From: an uncultured Methanobrevibacter sp.
GTDB taxonomy: Archaea; Methanobacteriota; Methanobacteria; Methanobacteriales; Methanobacteriaceae
Length of the DNA: 64,000 bases
Reading direction: 5' to 3'
NCBI GenBank assembly: GCA_964409285.1
Contig: CAYPCR010000002.1
Span: 32,149 to 96,148, forward strand
The position numbers were made by a program, and so were the translations under genes. The notes below the pieces were generated by a model that ran no database searches, had not been told where the DNA came from, and was given only the letters and a program-made list of their open reading frames with translations. The number at the start of each line of letters is the position of its first letter. Position 1 is the first letter of the stretch. This document shows positions 1-10,000 of this stretch, piece by piece.

Positions 1-1
1 T

Positions 2-1546
2 GGTCTTAAAGTAGATGGAACTGGAGACCATACCTCAGTGGCAGGAGCTCCTAATCACATGGAAACTTTAATGAACCATACAGGAGAAATCATGTTAGCT
101 GCTCAACAAAACATGTCTGGAGGACAAGGTATGAGCCTTTGGAATGTATTTGTTGCTCCATTTGCAAGAGGAAGAACTTATGATGAAATAAAACAATCTG
201 TACAAATGCTTATTTACAATTTAAATATGGCTTATGCAGCTCGTGGTTCACAAGTTCCATTTACTAGTATGGCTTTAGAATTTGGAGTTCCTAAATTTTT
301 AGAGGATGTAACAGCTTATGGACCTAAAGGAGAAGTAGTTGGAACATATGGGGACTTTGAAGAAGAAACTAGATTAATCCAAAGAGCTTTCACTGAAACA
401 TTATTAGCTGGAGATGAAGAAGGAAAACCTCATTTATTCCCAAATACAATTTATACTCTTCGTAAAGAAACATTAAAAGGAGATTATGATGAAGATTTAC
501 ACTTAGTCCATGAATTGTCAGCTAAATACGGTTCATCTTATTTTGTAAATATGCTTCCTGATTATAGAAATGAAATGGCAAATTATATGGGATGTAGAAC
601 TTGTTTACAAGATACCTGGACCGGAGATTGGGATGAAGATTGTCTTAGAACTGGTAATTTAGCTTATGTAACTTTAAACTTCCCAAGAATCGGTTATCAA
701 TCTAAAGATGAAGATCAAGTATTTGAGTATTTAGATGAATATATGGATTTAGCTGTTGAAACATTAATGATTAGAAGAGAACAAGGATTAAAATGTTTAG
801 ATCAATTTAAAATCTTACCATTCCTTGATCAAGATGTTGATGGAGACACATATTATAGAATAAGAAATTCAACACTTTCATTTGGTTTTGTTGGTTTAAA
901 TGAAATGTTACTATCCTTATTTGGTGAAGGAATAGACAATCCAGATGCAAATAAATTCGGTGTAAAATGTCTTGAGTATGTAAATGCAAGAGCTAAAAAA
1001 TTACAAGAAGAAACCGGCTTAAGATGGTCTGTTCTCCAAACCCCTGCAGAATCTACTGCTTATAGATTTGCAACATTAGACAAAGAACAATTTGGAGACA
1101 AAGCTATTGTACAAGGTGATGGTAATGCAAATTACTATACAAACTCTTCACATGTTCCAGTAGATACTGGAGTTTCATTAATTGATAAAATAAAAATCGA
1201 AGAACAATACCACAGTTTAACTCCAGGAGGACATATTTTCCATGCATTTATGGGAGAATCCTATGCTGATCCTGATTCTTTAATGAGTCTTACAAATAAA
1301 ATTGCTAAAAAATCAGATATTGGTTTCTGGGCTTATAGCTCAGCTATGAGTTTCTGTCTTAAATGTAAAACCTTAATGAAAGGATTAAACAACCAATGCC
1401 CAAATTGTGGTGAAAAAGACGATGTTGAATGGTATGATCGTATTACTGGATATGTTCAACAAGTAGGTCGTGCAAAATCCTCTTCCGGTGGATGGAATCC
1501 TGGAAAACGTCAAGAACTTCTTGATAGAAAAAGATGGGAACAATAA
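2..1546 (+). CDS. nrdD: Anaerobic (class III) ribonucleoside-triphosphate reductase, 5'-truncated by window edge
   Basis: Frame is open from position 2 (GLKVDGTGDHTSVAGAP...). C-terminal zinc ribbon (CLKC...CPNC) and glycyl-radical motif YDRITGY. Confidence 0.95.
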   Translation, partial: GLKVDGTGDHTSVAGAPNHMETLMNHTGEIMLAAQQNMSGGQGMSLWNVFVAPFARGRTYDEIKQSVQMLIYNLNMAYAARGSQVPFTSMALEFGVPKFLEDVTAYGPKGEVVGTYGDFEEETRLIQRAFTETLLAGDEEGKPHLFPNTIYTLRKETLKGDYDEDLHLVHELSAKYGSSYFVNMLPDYRNEMANYMGCRTCLQDTWTGDWDEDCLRTGNLAYVTLNFPRIGYQSKDEDQVFEYLDEYMDLAVETLMIRREQGLKCLDQFKILPFLDQDVDGDTYYRIRNSTLSFGFVGLNEMLLSLFGEGIDNPDANKFGVKCLEYVNARAKKLQEETGLRWSVLQTPAESTAYRFATLDKEQFGDKAIVQGDGNANYYTNSSHVPVDTGVSLIDKIKIEEQYHSLTPGGHIFHAFMGESYADPDSLMSLTNKIAKKSDIGFWAYSSAMSFCLKCKTLMKGLNNQCPNCGEKDDVEWYDRITGYVQQVGRAKSSSGGWNPGKRQELLDRKRWEQ

Positions 1547-1589
1547 AATCCCATCATATCACTTCTTTTAAAATTTCTATTTAAAAAAA

Positions 1590-2201
1590 CTAGATTATAT
1601 GAATATATAAATCATCATCAATTTTTTGAATTATATCATTACCTTTATTCAATTCTTCGATATATTTATTTATTGTTGTTTCATCCTCTTTTTCTAATAT
1701 TTCCTTAAGTTTACGACTATAAAATCCCATTTCATATACATCATTTAAAAAATCAGCATGATTTAAAAAGAATACACTTCCATGAATCATATTTTTAAAT
1801 ATATTTAAATTATCTATATTATCTATTTCAATTTTTTTAATAAGAGGAGAAATTAATTTATTAATAACATCCTCATCCAATTCTATTTCTAACTCATCTT
1901 GAAGAAAATAAAGACTATCTTCATTATATCCAAATTCTTCAATTGAAGTTATACTTTGTCTACCTCTTTTAAAATTATTTAAACCAAAATTCTCTAATCT
2001 AGAACCACATTCCAAATCATCTAAATAACACCCCTCATTTTTGTTAATATATGATTCTAATTCAGTGATTATTTTATTAACTTCTTCTTGAGAAGTAGAA
2101 AAGTCATCATAATCCTTTTCATGAAAATTTTTTAAGTTTTTAATAATTGTTTTTAAATCATTATTTGTTAAAAAAACCTTTTTACTCATGTTTATCCCCA
2201 A
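1590..2201 (-). CDS. Hypothetical acidic protein (203 aa)
   Basis: Long ORF with normal AT-rich codon usage, convergent with nrdD; no recognisable motif. Confidence 0.7.
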   Translation of the reverse strand: MGINMSKKVFLTNNDLKTIIKNLKNFHEKDYDDFSTSQEEVNKIITELESYINKNEGCYLDDLECGSRLENFGLNNFKRGRQSITSIEEFGYNEDSLYFLQDELEIELDEDVINKLISPLIKKIEIDNIDNLNIFKNMIHGSVFFLNHADFLNDVYEMGFYSRKLKEILEKEDETTINKYIEELNKGNDIIQKIDDDLYIHII

Positions 2202-2567
2202 TAATAATCTTTATTGTCAAAGGCAAGATTATCTATTAAACTCCCCCCATTTTACTTTACTTTAATTCATTTAATAACTATAATGTAAATAAATTACATG
2301 ATGTTATTACATTACATTATTTTAGTTATTTAGTTACTAGAATATATGGAAATTATATATTATATATTTTATTTAACAAGTGTTAAAAATACCATAAATT
2401 ACTACACTTATTTTTAAATTAAAATAAAATACATTTGAACTTTATCAATAAAGCTTTAAAATAAAAATAACTTCATTACATTATAATAATAGAAAATATA
2501 AGAAAAATCATTAGATTTTTAAGTAAATAAATGAAATATAATAATAATTATAAAAGGAGGAATAAAA

Positions 2568-3215
2568 ATAAATTTAAATTTTAATTATATTGAAAAAAAA
2601 ATAATTCTTATTACCTTACTTTGTGTAGCATTTATAACTACAAACATAGTAACAATAAAAATTTTAAATATTGGTTTTTGGGGTTTAACCGTTCCTTGTG
2701 GAGTAATAATTTACCCCTTAGTATTTATTCTCACATCGGTAATAGCTGATGTATATGGAGAAAGATCAGCACAAAAAGCAATTATATTTGGAGTTTTATG
2801 TAATTTATTATTTGTTGTAGTTTCAACAATCGCACTTATTCTTCCACCTGCTCCTTTTTGGGAAGGTCAAGAAAGTTTTGCTTACATTTTCGAACAAACT
2901 CCTAGAATGTTAATTTCCTCATTTACATCTTATTTAGTGGGTAATTTTGTTAATGCTAAATTAACCACAATGATTAAGGAAAGTTCTGCAGATAACGAAG
3001 CAGGTTATAAAACCATAGCAGCAATAGCTATTGGAGAAATAATTGACAATACTATATTTATTTCCATGGCATTTGCATTTACAGTGTCCTGGTACAATAT
3101 AGCAATTATGATTATTGTACATTTCACAATAATGTTTATTTGGACATTTGTAGCTCAACCTATTACCGTACGTGTAATTGAATGGGCAAAAAAAGGTGAA
3201 AATCTAACTTGTTAG
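2568..3215 (+). CDS. Queuosine/7-deazaguanine precursor transporter (YhhQ/VUT, DUF165 family), probable ATA start
   Basis: Frame is open from 2535 with no in-frame ATG/GTG/TTG before 2907. Upstream part translates to typical YhhQ segments (GVIIYPLVFILTSVIADVYGE, LPPAPFW, IFEQTPR). GGAGG at 2556-2560 lies 7 nt before ATA 2568. The ORF track captured only the last 102 aa. Confidence 0.85.
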   Translation: MNLNFNYIEKKIILITLLCVAFITTNIVTIKILNIGFWGLTVPCGVIIYPLVFILTSVIADVYGERSAQKAIIFGVLCNLLFVVVSTIALILPPAPFWEGQESFAYIFEQTPRMLISSFTSYLVGNFVNAKLTTMIKESSADNEAGYKTIAAIAIGEIIDNTIFISMAFAFTVSWYNIAIMIIVHFTIMFIWTFVAQPITVRVIEWAKKGENLTC

Positions 3216-3251
3216 AATAAAAATCATCTTTTTTTATTTTTTTCTTAAACA

Positions 3252-3259
3252 TTTATATA
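3252..3259 (+). promoter_or_regulatory. Putative TATA box for metallophosphoesterase operon
   Basis: TTTATATA about 40 nt upstream of ATG 3301, followed by GGTGA RBS. Confidence 0.45.
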
Positions 3260-3300
3260 TTATCCCAAACTATTTTATTATGGAATGAAGGTGATGATAT

Positions 3301-4152
3301 ATGCAACAAAAAACTCCGAATGCCTTATGGTTACGTCAAGGAATACAAGAATTCTTAACCAACTCTAGAGATATACTTTTTGATGTTAAATTTAATAAGG
3401 ATGATTTTGAATTAGTTGAGGTTGAAATTGAATTAGAAAACCTGGACTCTATTTTTGATGGATATAAAATTATTAATTTGAGTGATATCCACCTAGGACA
3501 ATGGATGAATCCTACTTATTTATATGGAGTAGTTAAATATGTTAATACTTTAAAACCAGATTTAATTACTTTAACTGGAGATTATGTTTCATATATTATT
3601 GATAAATACGAACTAACTCTTGAAACAGCTTTTAGAAAACTAAAAGCAAAAGATAAAAAAGTTGCTGTACTTGGAAATCACGATCATTGGTTAGGAGCCG
3701 AAAGAATAAGAAAAATCTTGAAAAGAGCTGATGTTCTTGATTTGAGTAATGATGTTTATACAATTGAAAAGAAAAACGGAGCTATATTAAATATTGCAGG
3801 TGTAGATAGTTATATGGAAGGAAAAGATGATATTGATAAGGTACTTAATAAATTACCTGAAAACGGACCTTCCATCCTACTTGTTCACGAACCAGATTTT
3901 GCAGATATTTCCTCAAAAACTGGTAAATTTGATCTTGAAATTTCTGGCCATTCACATGGTGGACAATTTATAATTCCTGGATTAGATACAACAATTTTTA
4001 GAGGTTCCTATTCTACTTGTTATCCAGTAGGTATGTATAAAATAAGAGATATGTTACAATACACTAGCAAAGGTTTAGGAACCAATGTATTTTGGATGAG
4101 AATAAATTGTAAACCTGAAATAACATTATTTACTTTAAAATCTAAAAAATAG
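3301..4152 (+). CDS. Calcineurin-like metallophosphoesterase (YkuE/YaeI-like)
   Basis: Motifs SDIH, TGD, GNHD, HEP, SGHSHGGQ. Confidence 0.92.
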   Translation: MQQKTPNALWLRQGIQEFLTNSRDILFDVKFNKDDFELVEVEIELENLDSIFDGYKIINLSDIHLGQWMNPTYLYGVVKYVNTLKPDLITLTGDYVSYIIDKYELTLETAFRKLKAKDKKVAVLGNHDHWLGAERIRKILKRADVLDLSNDVYTIEKKNGAILNIAGVDSYMEGKDDIDKVLNKLPENGPSILLVHEPDFADISSKTGKFDLEISGHSHGGQFIIPGLDTTIFRGSYSTCYPVGMYKIRDMLQYTSKGLGTNVFWMRINCKPEITLFTLKSKK

Positions 4153-4165
4153 AAATTGATAAAAA

Positions 4166-6322
4166 ATGTCAGAAAAGAATAGTTACTCCTTTTCCACAAT
4201 TATTAAAGGAATTTTCAACATTTTATTAATGTGGATTGCAAATGTTTTAATAATAATTGGCATGTCATATATATGTACCCAATTTACATTAGGGCCATGG
4301 TACAATGCGATTATAATTGCAACAGTAGTGGCTATTTTAAATACATTATTATGGCCAATCTTTGCTAAAATCTTTATGCCTTTTTTAGTATATACATTTG
4401 GAATTGGAGCTCTAGTACTAAACGATATTATCTTTTATATTGCAAGTTTTTACTTACCTGGAATTGAAATAGGAATAGCTGCTATTCTACAAGTTCCGCT
4501 AGCTATGGCATTTGCATCAACTTTAGTTTCTAATATTGCTCATATTGATTTATATGGCTCTTATATGGAATCAATATCCAATCAAGCTAAAAAAAGAAAG
4601 AAAAAGAACAAGAAACAATATCCTGGAATGATTATACTGGAAATTGATGGATTAGCGAAAGATATTCTAATGGAAGCTATTGAAAACGATTCTATGCCAA
4701 AACTTAAAAGTTGGTTAGAATCAGGAGAATATTCCGTAAAAGAGTGGGAAACTGATTTATCTTCACAAACAGGAGCTAGTCAAGCAGGAATTCTTCATGG
4801 AAATAATGAAGAATTAGTAGCTTATCGCTGGGTAAGTAAAGAAAATGGAAATAAAATAATTGTTTCATCTAATCTTAAGCAAACACCACTTATAGAACAG
4901 GAAATTTCCAACGGAAATGGATTACTTAGTGATAATGGAGCTAGTCGTTCAAATATGTTTTCTGGTGATACTGATAATGTCATATTTACTTCCAGTAAAC
5001 TTAGAGATGTAAAAAAAATGAATAATCCATCATGGTATGCTGTTTTTTCAAATTCCTATAATTTTCAAAGAATTTGTATACTTTTTGTTTGGGAATTATT
5101 GATTGAATTTAAATCACAGATAATACATGAAATTAAAAATATAAAACCACGGTTAAGAAGAGGATTGGTCTATGCATCTACAAGAGCTGGTGCAAATGTA
5201 TTTTTAAGAGAAATAACTACAGAAACATTAATAGGAGATATTTTAATAGGCGACATCGATGTAGCTTATGCATCATATATGGGATACGATGAAGTAGCTC
5301 ACCATTCTGGAATAAGGGATGAAGATGTTTGGAATGTTTTAAAAATGATTGATCTTCAATTTAACAGACTAGAAAAAGCCGTTGAGATTGGAGACAGAAT
5401 GTATGAATTTGTAATACTTTCTGACCATGGACAGGGAAATGGAGCTACTTTTAAACAGAAAAATGGAATTTCATTTCCAAAATTTGTACGAAGTCTTTTA
5501 CCTGAAAATATGGAAATATACAGTGAAATGAATTCAAATTTAGATCATTTTAACGATTTACTCTATCAACCCCCAGAACATGTAGAAAATTTAAAAGAAA
5601 AAATGGATAATTTAAAAATTAATCCCTTAGAAGAAAGTGAATCATTACAAAACTTAAAAGAAAAATATGGGGAAGGAATTGACTATATTAAAAATATTGA
5701 AATAATAAATCAAAATGAACAATTACGAACATTAAAACGAAAATATGATGATATTTTAGAATACATCACTACACATAAAGCAGAAAAACATGAAATTAAA
5801 AAACCACAAGATTCTGAATTAATTGTTTTAGGATCTGGAAATCTTGCACTTATCTATTTTAGTCAATGGAAACACAGACTCAGCTATGAAGAAATTGTAA
5901 TGAATTTTCCAGATTTAATTCCAGGACTTGTAAAAAATCAAGATATTGGCTTTATAGTTGTAGATTCAAAAAGAGATGGACCATTAGTTATTGGTGATAA
6001 AGGAATATACTACCTCAACACAGATAAAATAAAAGGAGAAAACCCTCTTAAAGACTATGGAAAAAGAGCGGCAGAACATATTAAAAGACACAATAAATTT
6101 AAAGATATGCCAGATATTTTAGTAAATAGTTATTACGATCCTGAAAATGAAGAAATATGTGCTTTTGAAGAACTTATTGGAAGTCATGGAGGTCTAGGGG
6201 GAACTCAAACACAACCTTTTATAATGTATCCATCTTATTGGGATGTTCCTGATGAATTAGTAGGTGCACAATCAATATATAACCTTTTAAAAAATGAATT
6301 GACAAAATTAAAAGAGGAATAA
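4166..6322 (+). CDS. Fusion: N-terminal 4-TM holin-like (DUF360/superfamily IV) domain + alkaline-phosphatase-superfamily (nucleotide pyrophosphatase/phosphodiesterase) domain
   Basis: Hydrophobic N-terminal ~140 aa (ILNTLLWP, FTFGIGALVLN); then EIDGL, SSQTGASQAGILHG, YDEVAHH, SDHGQ, GSHGG metal-binding motifs. Confidence 0.85.
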   Translation: MSEKNSYSFSTIIKGIFNILLMWIANVLIIIGMSYICTQFTLGPWYNAIIIATVVAILNTLLWPIFAKIFMPFLVYTFGIGALVLNDIIFYIASFYLPGIEIGIAAILQVPLAMAFASTLVSNIAHIDLYGSYMESISNQAKKRKKKNKKQYPGMIILEIDGLAKDILMEAIENDSMPKLKSWLESGEYSVKEWETDLSSQTGASQAGILHGNNEELVAYRWVSKENGNKIIVSSNLKQTPLIEQEISNGNGLLSDNGASRSNMFSGDTDNVIFTSSKLRDVKKMNNPSWYAVFSNSYNFQRICILFVWELLIEFKSQIIHEIKNIKPRLRRGLVYASTRAGANVFLREITTETLIGDILIGDIDVAYASYMGYDEVAHHSGIRDEDVWNVLKMIDLQFNRLEKAVEIGDRMYEFVILSDHGQGNGATFKQKNGISFPKFVRSLLPENMEIYSEMNSNLDHFNDLLYQPPEHVENLKEKMDNLKINPLEESESLQNLKEKYGEGIDYIKNIEIINQNEQLRTLKRKYDDILEYITTHKAEKHEIKKPQDSELIVLGSGNLALIYFSQWKHRLSYEEIVMNFPDLIPGLVKNQDIGFIVVDSKRDGPLVIGDKGIYYLNTDKIKGENPLKDYGKRAAEHIKRHNKFKDMPDILVNSYYDPENEEICAFEELIGSHGGLGGTQTQPFIMYPSYWDVPDELVGAQSIYNLLKNELTKLKEE

Positions 6323-6323
6323 A

Positions 6324-6959
6324 ATGGAATCAAAAATTTACATTGTTGGAATCGGACCTGGAGCAGAAGAATATCTTACAAAAAAAGCAATTGAAACTGT
6401 AGAAAATGCAGATATTGTAGTTGGAAGCGAGCGAGCTATAAAATTATTTGAAAATGTAGGAAAAAAACTACCATTTAATGTAAACAATTTAATGGAAAAA
6501 TTAGAAGAAGGAGTAGATTTAGCAATAAATGGTAATAATGTAGCTATTTTATCTACAGGAGATCCTGGATTTTCAGGAGTTTTAAACTCTGTTTTAAAAA
6601 TAGCTAATGAAAAAAAATATTCTGAAAAAAATATTGAAGTAATACCTGGAATAAGTTCTCTACAACTAGCTGCTGCTAAAAATCATCTGCAATGGGATAA
6701 CTGTAATGTTATGACATTTCATGGTAGGGAAAATATTGAAGAAATTTTAGATGTTGTAAATAATGGAAAAACTACCATTGCATTGCCTTCTAGAAAGGTT
6801 AAAGATATGGCTCAATTTTTATTAGATAATGGACTTTCTCCTTCTAGAGAAGTTACTGTTTGTGAACGTTTAAGCTATGAAGATGAAAAAATTGTTCACT
6901 CAACATTAAAGGATATTGCAAATAGTGAATTTACTTATATGTGTATATTAATAATATAA
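6324..6959 (+). CDS. cbiE: Cobalt-precorrin-7 C5-methyltransferase
   Basis: IVGIGPG, LSTGDPGFSG, IPGISSLQLAAA, ERLSY tetrapyrrole methylase motifs; stand-alone ~210 aa. Confidence 0.9.
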   Translation: MESKIYIVGIGPGAEEYLTKKAIETVENADIVVGSERAIKLFENVGKKLPFNVNNLMEKLEEGVDLAINGNNVAILSTGDPGFSGVLNSVLKIANEKKYSEKNIEVIPGISSLQLAAAKNHLQWDNCNVMTFHGRENIEEILDVVNNGKTTIALPSRKVKDMAQFLLDNGLSPSREVTVCERLSYEDEKIVHSTLKDIANSEFTYMCILII

Positions 6960-7099
6960 CCTAATTATTTACCTTATTTTTATTAATTTACTTTAAATAT
7001 TTAATATTATTAAATATTACCATTAATAAATTTGATTAAACCATAAATATCATATTATACAAAGTTTTCATGCTAATTTACTAAAATTAGTAATGAAAA

Positions 7100-10000
7100 T
7101 TGGTTGATAATATGATTAAAAAAATACATATTTTTTGTTTTTGTTTTCTTTTTTTATTGTTGATAGGATCTGTATCAGCAGAAAATATTGAAAATAAAAC
7201 AACTGAGAATGATTTAACACAATTAAGTGAAATATCAGAAATTTCAAATGAAAATATTGGAAATTACGCAGAAAAAACATATGATAATCCTATCTTAGTA
7301 ACAAAGGATATTGAAATGTATTATAAAGATGGGACAAATTATACAGTACAAATAACAGATGGTTTGAAACCATTAGACAATCAAAAAGTAAATATTAGCA
7401 TTCTTGGAGAAACTTATTTAAAAACTACAAATTCAACTGGCTATGCTAAACTATCCTTAGATTTATTGCCAGGACAATACACAATAGAAAGTTCATGTAT
7501 TTTTGATAATCGCCAATTATCCATAAAAAGTTTAATAAATGTAAAAGAAATGAATACGACTCTAATCGGTCAAGAAAAAGTTGAATTAGGATACAAAACT
7601 GAGAGTTATACTGTACAACTTCTCGGCGGAAACAACCAACCATTACAGAACAAAGAAATAATATTCGAAATCATAGGAAAAAAATACACAATCACCACAA
7701 ACAACAACGGACAAGCAAGCCTCCCAATAAACCTAATACCAGGCACTTACCAAATCACCACATACTATAAAGGTGAAAACAACATAAAAAAATCAAATCA
7801 ATTAAAAGCAACAATAACAGTCCAAAAATATGATACAACTTTAATAACAGATGACCCAATACTGAAATATAAAAATGGAGCTTTTAGCGCAACACTTACA
7901 AATTCAAAAAACCAACCAATGAAAAATACAGAAATTGAATTCCACATCATAGGAAAAAAATACACAATCACCACAAACAATACAGGACAGGCAAGTTTGC
8001 CAATTAATCTTCTACCTGGAAACTACACAATCACCACAAAATTCACAGGAAACATAGAATACAACCCAACAACAACCACAAATAAAATAACAGTTGAAAA
8101 ATATGATACAACATTAATAACAACCGATACAACATTGGAATATAAAAATGGAGCTTTTAGCGCAACACTTACAAATTCAAAAAACCAACCAATGAAAAAT
8201 ACAGAAATTGAATTCCACATCATAGGAAAAAAATACACAATCACCACAAACAATACAGGACAGGCAAGTTTGCCAATTAATCTTCTACCTGGAAACTACA
8301 CAATCACCACAAAATTCACAGGAAACATAGAATACAACCCAACAACAACCACTAACAACATAATAGTAGTAAAAAATTATCAAAATGCAGAAGAGAAAAA
8401 CTTTACAATTGAAAAGAAAGAAGAAAGTTATAATGGAAATAAATTGATTAGTCAAGATATAGACATGTACTATAATGATGGCACCTCCTACATAGTTCAA
8501 CTACTTAATGAAAATACAACATTATCAAACCACCCGATAAATATCACAATACTTGGAAAAACCTACACAATATATACAGATGAAAATGGAACTGCTAAAT
8601 TTCCAATAGAATTGGATTCAAATTTATATACAATTGTAACAAGCTGTATTTGTGATAATAAAAAATTATCAATGACAAATTATATCAATGTAAAAAAAAT
8701 GAATTCAACCCTAATTGGTCAAGAAAAACTTGAATTAGGATACAAAACAGAGAGTTACACCGTACAACTTCTTGACACAACCAACAAACCATTACAGAAT
8801 AAAGAAATAATATTCGAAATCATAGGAAAAAAATACACAATCACCACAAACAACAACGGACAAGCAAGCCTCCCAATAAACCTAATACCAGGCACCTATC
8901 AAATAATCGCATATTATGAAGGTGAAGATAATATAAAAAAATCAAATCAAATAAACACCAATATAACAGTTAAAAAATATGATACAACTCTAATAACAGA
9001 TGACCCCATATTGGAATATAAAAATGGAGCTTTTACAGCTATACTTACAAATTCAAAAAACCAACCAATGAAAAATACAGAAATTGAATTCCACATCATA
9101 GGAAAAAAATACACAATCACCACAAACAATACAGGACAGGCAAGTTTGCCAATTAATCTTCTACCTGGAAACTACACAATCACCACAAAATTCACAGGAA
9201 ACATAGGATACAGCCCAATAACAACTACAAATAAAATAACAGTTGAAAAAAATAAAATTAACATTACTAATGATTATTTTGAAACTTATTTTGGTGATGT
9301 AAATCAATATTTAATACCTGTTAAAAATTCAAATTCCAATAAAGATATAGCTGATCTTGATTTGAAAATTGGAGTATATGATTCTACTGGTTTAGTTAAA
9401 ACTTATGATGCTCGAACAAGTTTGGATGGAGTAGCTAGAATCGTGTTTGATTTGATGCCAGGTACATATACCTTGAAAACAAGTCCATCTAATGTCAATT
9501 ATATTGGGGAAAGTGTTCAGAGTATTAAAATAAATCAAACAGATGTTGTAGTTAAAAGTAAGGATTTGGTTTTAAATAGAAAAGGGGAGGATTATTGTGT
9601 TGAATTTAGAAATGCTATGAACAATCATCCATTAGCTAATCAAACAGTCTACATTTCTATTATCTCAAAAACATATACCATAACTACTAATAATTTTGGA
9701 GTAGCTAAACTTCCTATTAATCTTAACAATGGAAATTATACAGTAAAATATAATTTCAGCTCAAATCCTGGATATGTTCCTGCAATTGGATTAAATTGTA
9801 TTGTAAGAAATGATGAAATACTCGATAGTAATATTGAAATTTTAAACACTGATATACTTAGAAGAGGAACTAATCTAGAGGTTAAACTTACTGATTCAAA
9901 TGGAATAGCTTTGAAAAATAAGAATGTTCAGTTCCATATTATAAATAAAGTTTACACTATTAAAACCGATGAAAATGGTATAGCTAAATTACAAATCAAT

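Noticed and set aside
2202-2567. preQ1 riboswitch upstream of yhhQ; short ORF 2531-2584; clustered TTACAT(TA) motifs at 2294-2319 and 2476
   Set aside because: No preQ1 consensus visible; the 17-codon ORF and the motifs are compatible with chance in very AT-rich DNA.
7446-9129. Repeated antisense ORFs (MFVVIVYFFPMMW...) opposite the adhesin repeats
   Set aside because: They are mirror products of the T-poor sense repeats; no RBS and no independent coding signal.
7550-9247. Possible DGR template/variable repeat or CRISPR-like array
   Set aside because: Differences between copies are not adenine-specific, no reverse transcriptase is nearby, and the repeats are in-frame coding units without unique spacers of CRISPR size.
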